Shown here: positions 37,600-49,580 of the stretch, piece by piece
Layout: each line of letters starts with the position of its first letter
Position numbering within the stretch: position 1 is the first letter of the stretch
Assembly (NCBI RefSeq): GCF_018350175.1
Contig: NC_058383.1
Coordinates: 9,922,001 to 9,986,000, forward strand
Source: Felis catus
Lineage: Eukaryota
Length of the DNA: 64,000 bases
Direction of reading: 5' to 3'
Made by a program: the position numbers and the translations under genes
The notes under the pieces: model-generated
What the model was told of the DNA's origin: nothing
Seen by the model: only the letters and a program-made list of their open reading frames with translations
Databases searched by the model: none

Positions 37600-39060
37600 G
37601 AGGGCTTCTGTATGTCTGCGATGTGTCCGTGTGTGGCCAGTGTGGTCCAATGCTGAGGGAACGGGCTGCGGTGCCCGCCGGCGGCAAGGACGGAGCTGGG
37701 ACTGTAGGAACGTGGCGGGCGTCACCGTGCGCGTGCGAGCGGCACACTGGGGTCTTCTCTTTCTGCCAGGGGGACGTGTGGCCCCCGAAGGACAAGGAAA
37801 CCAGCTCGTATGTGGCTGATCTCCAAAGAAACTTCGGAGAGGGCTCCTCGGGAGGCCAGCACGAGGCAACTAAGGTGCCTCCCAGGTGGCACCGGCCTCG
37901 TCCGGCCGCGTCACGCAGTCGGCGCTCGGGAAACCACTCTTTCCCTCACGTGGGTTTGGCGGTTTAGGCTCCTCTGTAAGTTCTGGTGCAGACAATAGAT
38001 GTAATTACGCCACCACCGACCCGTGCAGGGTCCCCCGTTTCCTCCCCGTCGTCCCCGTGTCCTCTCGCGCGCAGACAGCCGGGTTGACGGGCCGCGTGTG
38101 CGGCTTGGTCTTTGCGTTCTCGCGAGAGGTGTGCGTCGGGCGGCGTTACGAACTCAGCCTCCCCGCGGCTCGGCGGGCAGTGTGGTGGCAGGGTAATGAC
38201 GGGACCCTCGCGGCCTGGCTTCCGTTCATTCCCGCCGCGGCTCTGGGAGGTGAGCGCGCCAAGGGAGGAGGAAAGTGGCTTAGGGAGGTTCCGAAACTAA
38301 CCGGGAGCGGCCCGCCTCTTCCACGGGGCTCCCTCCGCACAGCCCCAGCTCGGGGAGCCTTGCTCTCCCCGCTCCAGCCCTGCCAGCACCCGCGGCCCTG
38401 GGCGGCGTCGTCATCGGAGAGAAGGTGGCCGAGGCCCAGGGGAGGAAGCGCTTGCCCCAGGCCGTGCGGCCGGAGCCGGGCGAGGACCTGGTTCCAACTT
38501 TCCACCGGGTTGTCAAGAACCTCTCCCTCTCTGTCTCCGCCCAGGGCCGGGTGCCGTCTTCAGAAGGAGGGCTTGAGTTCTTTCCCCTCTCAAGCCAAGC
38601 CCGAAGGGAGGCCCCGGCTGACTTCTGCCGAGCAAACCAGGCGATAGGTGGCGACATAACCCGCCGCATGCTTCCCCAAGCGAGCCAGGCGGCCCCAGAG
38701 AAACTGTGGCCCACCTCAGCCACAGCGAGTGGCCTGCGCGGCCCCCCTTTATGGGAGATGGTGACCTGTTGAGACGGGCACCCGGCCCCTCTCTGCCGAC
38801 GTCGTCAGCACGGTCGCTCGGTAAAGACCGGCCTGTGCCGGGTGCTGGGACCAGGCTCCGAGAGTCCGGCCCTGCTCTCAACAAGGAAAAGGCAGCAGGC
38901 ACCGCCAGCGCTGAGCGCCAAGGCCGGGGAGGCCAGAATGGGGCGGTGGTGGGGAGCTCCAGGGAGAGAGGAGGCAGGAGCACAGCCTGCCCTCGGGTTT
39001 GAGGAGAGTGGGCAGACCAGACCCCGGGGAAGGCTGTGTGACCGGCCGAGTGACCCAGAC
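37600..39060. promoter_or_regulatory. Orphan CpG island downstream of FKBP6
   Basis: CpG-dense GC-rich unique sequence with no recognisable coding exon. Confidence 0.6.
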
Positions 39061-39926
39061 CCTCCTGTAGGCCACGGGGAGCCCAAGGCGCTGTTTTCCC
39101 AGGGAAAACCTGCCACACGCCTCAGTTTCTCACCCCCAAGGGGCCAGGCTGGCTGCAGAGAGAGACTTTGCTCTCCTTCTCCTTCTTCACCTGGTTAAGA
39201 GGCTTACCTTGACCTCTCTAATGTCTGGTCAACTCAGTCATGTAATGATACAACGATGTGAGCAGTCTGATTTAATCCAGAGTATCGGTTAAGCACAAAA
39301 TGCCCGTGTGCTTGTGTCTGTGTGCATGCGTGCATGTTTGCACACACACGTGCACTCATGTGTTTGGCTTTGGAGGCAGACATTCTAGAAAAAGAAATGG
39401 CAGCAGATAATACAATAGGACATAAATGTAATAAATAAAAAAAAATGTTTTTCTTATAAACCCAGTACTCTTAATTCCATTCAAACCAAAAACCACAGTG
39501 GCGGGTAGAGAGGGAGTTCACCCAGACCCCAATTTCCCCATCCTTCTCCCTCCCGCTGACCTGCCCCCCCGCCCCGCCACCACGCCCCTGCACTGCTCAC
39601 ATCAAGGTGGAGACACCCTGAAACATTCACATGCAGAAAGGGACAGGACTTGGGGGTGAGTGTGGAGAAATCCCAGGACACAACAGCACCCAGGCCACAG
39701 AATGCAGACAAATGGCTACTTAAAAAAATAGGGGTTCCAGAAAAGGGGCCACATGACCCCAGAGGGAGCCCCAGACTTATTCCTGCCAAGTGACCAGACA
39801 TCTCTGTAAGCAACCCTTTGAGGCCTGTGCCAGGAAGGTGTTCACTCAGCGGTGGGTTCTCCTTATACCCTAGCAGAATCTGAATCCAAATTCCTTCTGG
39901 GAAACCTCGTGTTGGTTTCTAAGAAC

Positions 39927-40295
39927 CTTTTTTTTTTTTTTTTTTTTTTTGAGATTTTTATTTATTTTGGAGAGACAGCATGAGCAGGGGAGGGTCAGAG
40001 AGAGAGAGAGAAAAAAAAAAAAAACCCAAGCAGGCTCCACGCTGACAGGGCGACAGGCCCCTCTAAGAACCTTTTGAGGTAGGGGCGCCTGGGTGGTTCA
40101 GTCGATTCAGTGGCCAACTCTTGGTTTGGGGCTTATGTCATGATCTCACAGTCTGTGAGTTCGAGTCCTGTGTTGGGCTCCGTGCCGACAGCGCTGAGCC
40201 TGCTTGGGATCCTGTCTCTCCCTCTCTCTCCGCCCCTTCCCCGTTCATGCTCACTCGCTCTCTCAACAAATAAATAAACTTTAATATTTTTTTAA
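39927..40295. mobile_element. Short reverse SINE plus full forward SINE (40082-40295)
   Basis: TSD tctaagaacctttt around the short element; aagaaccttttgaggta/aagagcctcttgaggta around the forward copy. Confidence 0.8.
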
Positions 40296-41189
40296 AAAGA
40301 GCCTCTTGAGGTAAATTGTGAGGTGGGGCAATGAGAGACTGTGGCATCATTGCCTGATCTTAAAGAATGGGCTTCCCAAACTCATTCGTGTTTGCTCGGT
40401 GTGGCTTGTGTTGGCAGGACCCCTACATAGCTCCTGAGACCCCCCCCCCACACACACACACAAAACGTACCTCAACACCCTCGGCAGAAGGGAAATTAAA
40501 ATCATTTCCCTCAATTGCTGCTGCTCCTGTCCCCTCCCCTGTTCCCTGAGCCAGACTCCCAGGGTCCTGCTGTTCTCCCTCCCACTCAGCCTCACCCCAT
40601 GTCTGCAGGGCTGAGAGTTCTGCCCCCTTAATGTCCCTTGTGCCACCCCCAACTCTTCATCTCTGCCACGCTTGGATCTGACCCTAACCTTGATCGCCCT
40701 CCCAGCCAGCCTCCCCGGTCCAGTCTGGGCTCCACTATCCCTCCTCCACCTGCTAGCTCTGTCCTGCCCCGGCTTAAATGCTTCAGTAGCTCCCAGTAGC
40801 CTCTGAGATAAAGTTCAAACTCCCTGATTTAGCCCAGAAGGCCTGGCTCCCCTCCAGCCACTATGTGCCAGGCTCCCTGCCTTCCAGCCAGACTGAGCTG
40901 CTGTCGGGCCCTTACAGCTCACACCATTCCGCATCTCTGTGCTGCTGTAACCAGACTCCTTTTCCGGAACTCAGTTTAAGATAGGGTCTCTGGTCAAAGT
41001 CCTGGTGGGACCCAGAGTGAAGACACACGTGTCCCCAGTTACCATCGGCGGTCCCAGTAAGCATGGCAAAGGGGCCACACGGCACGAGAGTGAATTTCTC
41101 TATCCCCCGGTTCATCAAACAAAATCACGGAGACTTTCTTCTTTCTTTGATATTAAAATATTTCTCATGTTTTTAAAAATCGTTTATTT

Positions 41190-41400
41190 TGGGGGCACCT
41201 GGGTGGCTCAGTCGGTTGAGCGTCCAACTTTGGCTCAGGTCATGATCTCACGGCTCATGAGTTCGAGCCCCGAATCAGGCTCCGCACTGACAGCTCAGAG
41301 CCTGTAGCCTGCTTCAGATTCTGTGCCTCCCTCGCTCTCTGCCCCTCCCCCATTCATGCTCTGTCTCTCTTCCTTTCAAAAATAAATATTAAAAAAATTT
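41190..41400 (+). mobile_element. Carnivore SINE
   Basis: Full head, CT tract and A tail. Confidence 0.85.
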
Positions 41401-43199
41401 TTTTGATAAAATTATTTACATTTCTTTATGCAAAACCACGCATATAAGGTAGTTAAAAATGCATGCATAAACCTAGAGAGAGGGAAGAGAACTTATCTTA
41501 AGCCCCATCTCCTCCAGGCAGCCTTCCCTGATCACTCTGACATAGCTACCTCTGAGACGCTCAGTCCTAGGTCCGCATCACACCACAGTCCTCAGATGGT
41601 CTGGCCCGACCTCCCCAAGAGTGAGAGCTTCTTGAGGGCAGGGACAATGTTTCACCTGACTTTGGTTGTCCATTCTTCAGCACAGTCTGACAGGATCCCC
41701 AGTTTGTCCAAGGCGTACACAGATCTCATTATGAACACTTCATGGACAAGTCAGATAATGTGGAATAGGTGGCTTGGAATGAGGTCCACAGCTGGTTTCC
41801 TCTGGGAAAAAACCTGGTTCAAGAACCCTTGATGAAAAAGAAAAGACAAACCCTTTTTGTCTGTGACTGATTGGGGGCAGAGTGACTGATTGGGGGCACG
41901 GTGACTGCTAAAAGGGCAGGACAGATGCTGATGGGTCAGGCTTGGGAACAGCACCCATACAGCAGGAGGGGGCCCGTCGTTTGAGCTGACTCACACCCCA
42001 GCCAGGGACCCCAGGCAGGTCTGCAGGCTGCAGATTGGAGGACAGTCACCAGCCCAGAGAAGGGCCAAGGGCACAAGGGCACGTGGACGAAGTCCTGCTC
42101 TGTGCCTGGCTTCTCCACCTTCTTGAACGACTACCTCCCTCCATGCTGTTTGTTGAGAGTCAAATCCGATGGCATCCCTGGGTGTCATGGAGAGCCCTTG
42201 GGGCCACAGCAGGCAGCAGCGAGGTGGCTGGAAATGCAGTGAGGGTGTTGAACTTTGATTGTGAATAGTTGTCAAAAACGTGGCATTGGCTGGGAAGGTC
42301 GGAGACCACAGCATTGGCTGAAGTCCTGACCATTCAGTCCCCGCCCCACAGATGAAGCGACTCCCCAGAGCAGGGGCCTCTCCCTTGGGCACCATCACCC
42401 GTGTTCCTTTGCAAGCGCTGTGCACCTCTACCCCCACGACGTCCTCCCCGCTCGGTGACAGTGATGCAGACGCCCAGGCAGGCCGACCCCTGTATGGCCG
42501 CAGCCGATAGCTACCAGCCATCAATAGCACAGTGTCCCCAGCACACAAAGAGCCTCACTCAGGCTCCAAGGAATGGATGTGAAAATCACCAAAGTGCCTT
42601 TCCAACCTCAGGATTACTCAGCAGCCTCTCGTGCGTCACTGGTTCCTTTTCTGATTCCATGAGGAGGCCCTTCCCAACCTCACCATGATTCCCAGACCCC
42701 CTCCTTCCCTTCCAAGCACCCCCACTCTGCTCTCTGGCCCCAGAGACCTGGCCTCCTCCTCCACAGAGACAGTAAAGGCCATCGGGCACAAAATAAGGCC
42801 CCCCTCTCTCCTCACCCCTACCTCTTCTGTATCTTTGCCCATCCTGCCCCCTCCCCTGTGTCCTGGGGGATAGAAGGGTGCTGCCCCTTGCCCGTCTGTG
42901 GTCCGTGTGATTGATCCTGGCCTCATGCAGATCATCCGCCATCCTCTGTGCTCCTCCTATGCTTCTTCCCTCCTGCCTCTGCACATGGCCCCGCCTCTGA
43001 TTCCTACCAGAACATTCCTTCAGTGCCGCCCCTCTTTTCAGCCACAGCCAGACTGCTTTTATTTTATTCTATCCATTCACCTCTTGAAACTCATCCATGC
43101 AGTCAACTGTTGCCCCTCATCCCATCCCCAGTCCCTTCTGCTCAGGCAGGGGAGTTCACAATTTTTACAGGAGAATCTCTTCGTATATTCTTTCTCCCT

Positions 43200-44135
43200 T
43201 GTTGAAAAAATGAAAAGTGATTCACTTACCATGAATGTCACTCTTTTGAAATATACAATTCCGGGGCGCCTGGGTGGCTCAGTCAGTTGAGCAGCTGACT
43301 CTTGGTTTCAGCTCAGGTCGTGATCTCAAGGTTCGTGAGATGGAGCTCCAGTGTTGGGCTCTGTGCTGAGAGTGGAGCCTGCTTAGGATTCTCCCTCTCT
43401 GCCCCTCCCCTGCTCATGTTCTCTCCCTCCCTCCCTCTTTCTCCCTCTCCTTCTCTCTCTCTCTCTCTCAAAATAAATAAATAGACAAAAATAAAGTATA
43501 CAATTCAGTGGGGGGGGGAGTTTAGCATGATCACAAAGTTCTCCAACTCTCATCCTATCTTAATTCAAGAATATTTCGGTCACCCCAAAAAGAAACGCCA
43601 TACCCATCTGCAGTCGCTTCCCATTCCCCTCTCCCCTTAGGCTCTGACAACCACCCATCTATTTTCTATCTTGATGGATCTGTGTATTCTGGAGATTTCA
43701 TATGCGTGCAGCCATGCAACGTTCGTCCTTTTGTGTCTGGCTTCTTTCGCTAACCATGATGTTCATCCACGTGGTAGCATGTGGCAGGACCCCAGGCCTG
43801 TTTACGGATGACCAGTATCCTCTTGTGTGGAGACACAGCCTTGTGTTCATCATTCATCAGCTGCTGGACATTTGGCTCGTTTCCACTCGGGGGCTGTTAC
43901 AAATAATGCTACTGTTAACGTTCATGTATATTTTTGTGTGAACACTTGTTTTCACTTCTTTTAGGTGTATACGTAGGAATGGAATTGCTGTGTCCTATGG
44001 TAATTCCGTGTGTAAATTTTAGGGGAACAGTTATACTGTTTTCCACAGAGGTTATACCATTTTACATTCCCACCAGGTATTGTATGTTCTAGTTTCTTCA
44101 CATCTTTGCTAGCACTTGTTTTTTTTTTTTTTGGT

Positions 44136-44166
<31 letters not shown>

Positions 44167-45665
44167 ATGTTGATTCATTTTGGAGAGACAGAGTGCAAGC
44201 AGGGGAGGGGCAAAGAGAGAGGAAGACACAGAACCCAAAGCAGGATTCCAGGTTCTGAGCTGTCAGCACACAGCCTGACACAAGGCTCGAACTCAAGGAC
44301 CGAGAGATCATGACCTGAGCCGAAGTCACACTTAACCGACTGAGCCACCCAGGCGCCCCATTTTTTATTAAATTTTAAATGTTTTATTATTTATTTTTGA
44401 GAGAGTGCAAGTGGGGGAGGGGCAGAGAGAGAGAGGGGGACAGAGGATCTAAAGCAGGCTCCATGCTAACAGCAGAGAGCCCGATGCAGAGTTCCACCTC
44501 ACAAACCGTGAGATCATGACCTCAGCCCGAGTCAAGAGCCTGCTTAACCAAGTGAACCACCCGGGCGCCCTTTTTTGTTTCTTTCTTTCTTTCTTTTTTT
44601 TTTTTTTTTAAGATCTTATTTTTAAATAACCTCTACACCCAGCGTGGGGCTCGAACTCACCTGAGATCAAGGGTCTCAAGCTCCCTGGCCAGTCACCCCT
44701 TTTTTTAAACCTTTTTGAATATAGCCATCTTAGTGAGTGTGAAATGGCATCTCATTGTGGTTTTGATTTGCATTTCCCTAGTGACAACTGAAGTCAAGCA
44801 TCTTTTAATGTGCTTATAGGCCATTTGTAAATCTTCTATGAAGAACTGTCTATGTAGATCCTTTGACCATATTTAATTGGGTCACTTGAGTTTTTATTGT
44901 TGAATTGTAAGAGTTCTGTATTCCACAAGTCCCATATCAGATTTATGATTTACAAAAATGTTCTCCCATTCTGTAGATTGCCTTTTCACTTTTTGCTGGT
45001 GTCCTTGGAAACACAAAAGTTTTGATGCAGTCCACATATACCTATCTTTTGTCGTTACTATTGTTATGCTATTGGTATCATACACAAGAAACCATTGCCA
45101 CATCTAAGGTCATGATGATTTACCCCTGCATTTTCTTTTAAGGACTTTATAGCTTTAGCTCTTATATTGAGGTTGTAGATCCATTTTGAGTTCATTTTGT
45201 ATATGGTATGGATATCCAGTTCAAGCATCATTTGTAGAATAAATGATTCAAGACCCATTGAATGGTCTTGGCCCCCTTGCCAAAAATCAATTGGCCGTAG
45301 ATACATGGGGTTCTCTATTTTACCAAACTGTGTATCTTGAAGTCTATATTCTTATGCCACCAGCATACGGTCTCGATTACTGTAGCCTAGCAATAAATTT
45401 TGTCGTCAGGAACTGTGAGTTCTCCAGCTTTGTTCTTTTGTTTGTGTGTTTGTTTGTTTGTTTGTTTGTTTGTTTTAGCTATTCCAGGTTCCTTGAATTT
45501 TTCCGTATCAGTTTTAGGATCAGCTTGTCCATTTCTGCAAAAAAAAAAAGCAGCTTTTGGGGAAGCTTTGGTAGGGACTGATTTGAGTCTATAGACCAAG
45601 TTGGGGAATGCTGCCATTTTAACAATATGAAATCTTCCAATCCATGAACATGGATGTCTTTCCCA
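43200..45665 (-). mobile_element. L1 3' region with four SINE insertions
   Basis: Antisense L1 motifs colinear with 16190-19025; ORF fragments resemble degenerate ORF2 C-terminus (...KWIYNLNIRAKAIKSLKEN...). Confidence 0.85.
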
Positions 45666-46414
45666 GTCTCCTTTGCTTTCTTTGGTTCCACTCCACAGCT
45701 TTCAGTGTGTCCTCCCCCTGCCTGTTAAGCCCGCACCAGCCAGGCTTTGGCTCCCTTGTCTGCACTTGCTCTCTCAGCGCCTCCTCCATTGGTCACCCCT
45801 TGGCCTGTTACTGTCACCGTTCTCCAGACGCCACTCTGACCTAGGTCCTCAGTGACCCCTGAATTGACGGTCTGGTGAGCGCGTACCTCCTGGAAAGGTT
45901 CCCACAGATCTCTGAGGTCTTCTGCCAGTTTCGAACACTCCTTTGTTAAAATTCCTTCTCATGCCGCTTTTGCAAACCACTCTCCCGTGCTGGTGCTAGG
46001 TCTCTCTGCCTCCTTCGCTGACCCGCCTCCTCCCCTTCCTCCTGCCCCTCCCTCCCCTTTCCTCGGTCCCTTACATGTTGGAGCGGTGTCCTGGGTATTC
46101 TTCTCTTCCATATGAATGAGTTCATCTTGGGCAGACTCATTGGCTTCCAAGGCCTCAGCCTCCCTCTTTACCTCAGAGCCTCCCAGACCTTCTCCTCCAG
46201 CCCCATCATTTTGGAACCTTCGGTGCTGTATCCAGGGACCCTGAGACCACCACTCCCTGGTCCCTCTTCTCTCTCATGCTCCTGAGGCTGGCTAGTGCTA
46301 ACACCCCCACACAGGCACAAATCTAGGGGCCCCCATGCTTGACTCCTCTCCCTTGTCTTCACTCCCAAATCTCATCCACTGCCACATCTTACGGCTTTTG
46401 CCCCCTAAATATCT

Positions 46415-46618
46415 ATTTTTAATGTTTATTTATTTGGGGGTGAGGTGTGGGGAGGGGGGCAGAGAGAGAGGGAGACAGAATCGGAAGCAGGCTCCAGGCT
46501 CTGAGCTGTCAGCACAGAGCCCAAAGCGGGGGAGGGGGGGGGCTCAAACTCAGGAGCCTTGAGATCATGAACTGAGCGGAAGTCCAATGCTCAACCGACT
46601 GAGCCACCCAGGCGCCCG
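46415..46618 (-). mobile_element. Carnivore SINE
   Basis: Reverse SINE with TSD-like gccccctaaa. Confidence 0.8.
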
Positions 46619-47379
46619 GCCCCCTAAAGGCAGGTGCAAGGTGGCACAGGGCAGGCTGTGCGCAGCCGAAGCAGGGTAGGAGTGCAGCAGTCCAGCATAC
46701 AGCGTCAGGAGCACGATGACCACAGGCAGGCTGCAGGCTCAGAGAAGGGGCCGGTAGGTGGGCACACACTGAGGAGACGGAGGGACGGAGGGAGTTCCAG
46801 AGCCGCACAACGGTGGAGACCCCCCGAGTGTGGGTTCAGGAACAGTCTCCGGCAGTGTGGCTGGGAGGGCGCAGGAGCACCGAGGGCGAGAGGCGGGGTG
46901 CCATGGTCCGAGACAACTTTGCAGTTCATCCTCGTGCCTGTGTGACCTCAGGTGCGGCATTTAATACCAAAGCCTCGGTTTCCTTGTCCAGCACGTGGCT
47001 TGTGGTGGCATCACGTCCTATCTGGCTCGTGAAAGTCCTCTGTAAATGGTAAAGTGCTGGGAGAGTGTAAGACCACTCAGGGCCAGAGAGGGAAACAGGT
47101 AGCTCATTGTGAAGGCCGCAAATACCAAGTGAAAGCTCTCAGGCTTTACTTCAGCTATGGAGAGGATATTAGGCGCGACCTTTTAAGATTCCAAATGACG
47201 GAATGTATGGGGCGGGGCTGTGTGGCTTTCCTAACACTGATGAGAGGGCCCAGTTGGCAAACCATTAGGCTGCCCATCCGCCAACAGAACCTCCAACAGG
47301 TCCGTTCAGGACCAGCACTGGGCATCCGGGTCCTGTGGTAGGAGTGGGTTCTTCACCCCACCACCACGTTTGGGGGTCG

Positions 47380-48560
47380 GGGGAGGCTCGCACTGGGCTG
47401 CAGGAGGGCCACACCCTGTCGAGGGCTCGGACCTAAGGGGATCTGGGGGCGCGAGGAAGGCCAGAGAGAGTCCAGCGCAGGGATGACCCAGGCAGGCTTC
47501 ACGGAGGAGGCGGCCTTGAGCCCCCTAAGCGCTCCCGAGGCTAGGCGGCGGCGGACGAGCAGCCCACGGAGCGGAGGGGCCGTTCTAGCGAGGCCTGGCA
47601 GGCAGGGGTGTGGCCCGAAGCCGGGAGCCGGGCCGCCCCGGGGGTGGCGGTGGGGGTGGGGGGGGCCGCGCGCGGGTGGAGCTCCGGGGACGCCACGCCC
47701 CGAACCCCGCCCGGCCGGGCGCTCTCCTCGAGCGGCTCCCGGGGTCCCCGCCGCCTGCGATTTCGGCGCGTCAGCAGAGCGGAAACGGGAGCGGCGCCAG
47801 CCCCGGATCGGCGGGGACGCGGCCTGGCAGCGCGGCCGGCGGCTCCGCAGGTTCTGTTCCGCCCGCGTTTGTGTTGGCAGCTGCCCGCGGCGCGCGGCCG
47901 GGCGCGATGAAAGGGCCTTCTGTGTGCGCCGAGTGGCCCCGCTCGCCTTTCATTCTTAATATAATCTTCACTTCATTTTCAGCCGAGCAGAGGTTCTCTT
48001 GGAATGTTTCCCCTTCTTCCAAAAATACATTCGCGTGCGCGCGCGTGTGTGTGTGCGTGTGTGTGTGTGTGTGTGCGCGCGCGCGCGTGTGTTTGCAAAA
48101 GTTCCTTCACGGTGAAGGTCGGGATGGTCCTGGGGAGGGGAAGTGCGAAACCCGAGGCGGGTTCAGAGCGAGACAGAAATGCCTTTCTTCCTGCGCAGAG
48201 GCCTCCCCGGGGGTCGCCGCCTCCGTTGGGGTGTCCGCCCTCGAGGCCCCGGGGTCTGGGGGAGAAGGATGGGGATTCTTCTCTAACCACGGCCCACAGC
48301 CTGACCCCAGGATGAATGGGCTGTTTGGAGAGGAGGTCAGTGAGGAGGGAGTGAGGTGCCTTCTCAAGGGGTCCCTGCCCAGGGCTGGTCAAAGAGCACT
48401 GCCATCAGGTGGGGCCAGCCCCGGACTGTCCTTACAGAAATGAACAGAAAAGGAGACGAGACCTTTGTGTCCCGCGTTCTGCTGGGGGAGACAGTATTCG
48501 CTACCGATGCCCGCTGCCCGCTGTGTGGGCTTGAAACAGCCTGCAGCGGTGCCTGGGAAG
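47380..48560. promoter_or_regulatory. Orphan CpG island with an alternating purine-pyrimidine tract
   Basis: Very high CpG density at 47540-47950 and 48150-48260; (CG/TG)n at 48032-48092. Confidence 0.7.
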
Positions 48561-49580
48561 TGTCACCGGTCAGCCACCATTCACCTGGCGGTGCAGAGCG
48601 GCATTACACCTGAGAAAAATTTCAAGATTCTACCGAAGACAGACAGCGGTCACCCAGGCCAGGACTTTTCCCTACGTGGTTCCAGGCCCTGGGCGCTAGG
48701 TAGGATTATCCTAACTTCTTGTTCGGGAAAAGGACGGCTCAGAGAAGCTAAGTAACTTACCCCCAGTCCCAGAGCATGAGGGTGCCAGGACTGGAAATGT
48801 GGAAGCAGGTGGCAGAAAGCCTGACTTCTGCCTTGGGCGTCACTGGTTTCCAAGCTGTGTTCTGCCAAGCTTCTACCTGCTTGGAGGGCTCTGAAAATGT
48901 ACAATTCTGATTCTTGTTTAAAAAAAAAAAATTAGTTCGTGTTTAGATTGGGACTTCTGTTTTGAGCAATAGAGTGGATTATATAACCTGAAAACCATCC
49001 GGCTCTGAACACCTAGAAAAGCCAGGCTGAAACCAAAACAGTCAAACAAAAGAAAACTACCAACAGCATCCTTTCCAATCCAAGAAGTGAAGAAACAAAC
49101 CACATCCTTTTAAGTCCAAGAAGTGAAGAAACAAAAGGAAATTCTCCAACCCGAAATGAAGTTGGCCACAACTGCCCTCGCCGGGGGACCAGGGAGTGGT
49201 GAGGGCACAGGCAGAAAGTGGGGACCGGTTGTCATCCAGGGAAGGTGAGGCCTTGGACCAACCGAAGTGGGGGTTGAAGCAGAGACCCCAACTAGAGCCG
49301 AGGCTGTGGGGGGTGATACCCTCAGTGCAAGCGTGTGCTGGGGAAGAAGGAAAGACCTTTAGGCACAGAGGACAAGAAGGAAATTTGCCTTTCCAACCTG
49401 GCTGGTAGAATTTTTTAAAATCCCTCGTGATAGTTTGTTACCATGAGCCAGTGCTTATACAAGTTTTAGATTCGCATTGACTCTACCCTGCAAAACCTAA
49501 AACTGAGAGATCAACGTATCTGTTGGTCCCAGGTTTAATGAGAGACAGACTCCAAACTTGCTTTAAAGGAACAGGACGAT

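Noticed and set aside
37886..38647. 253-aa ORF in a CpG island
   Set aside because: Non-ATG start, low-complexity Arg/Pro/Gly/Ala composition and overlapping ORFs in several frames, typical of GC-rich DNA.
47610..48443. 277-aa ORF in a CpG island
   Set aside because: GTG start, crosses a dinucleotide repeat, no domain; not FZD9 (no signal peptide, cysteine-rich domain or transmembrane segments).
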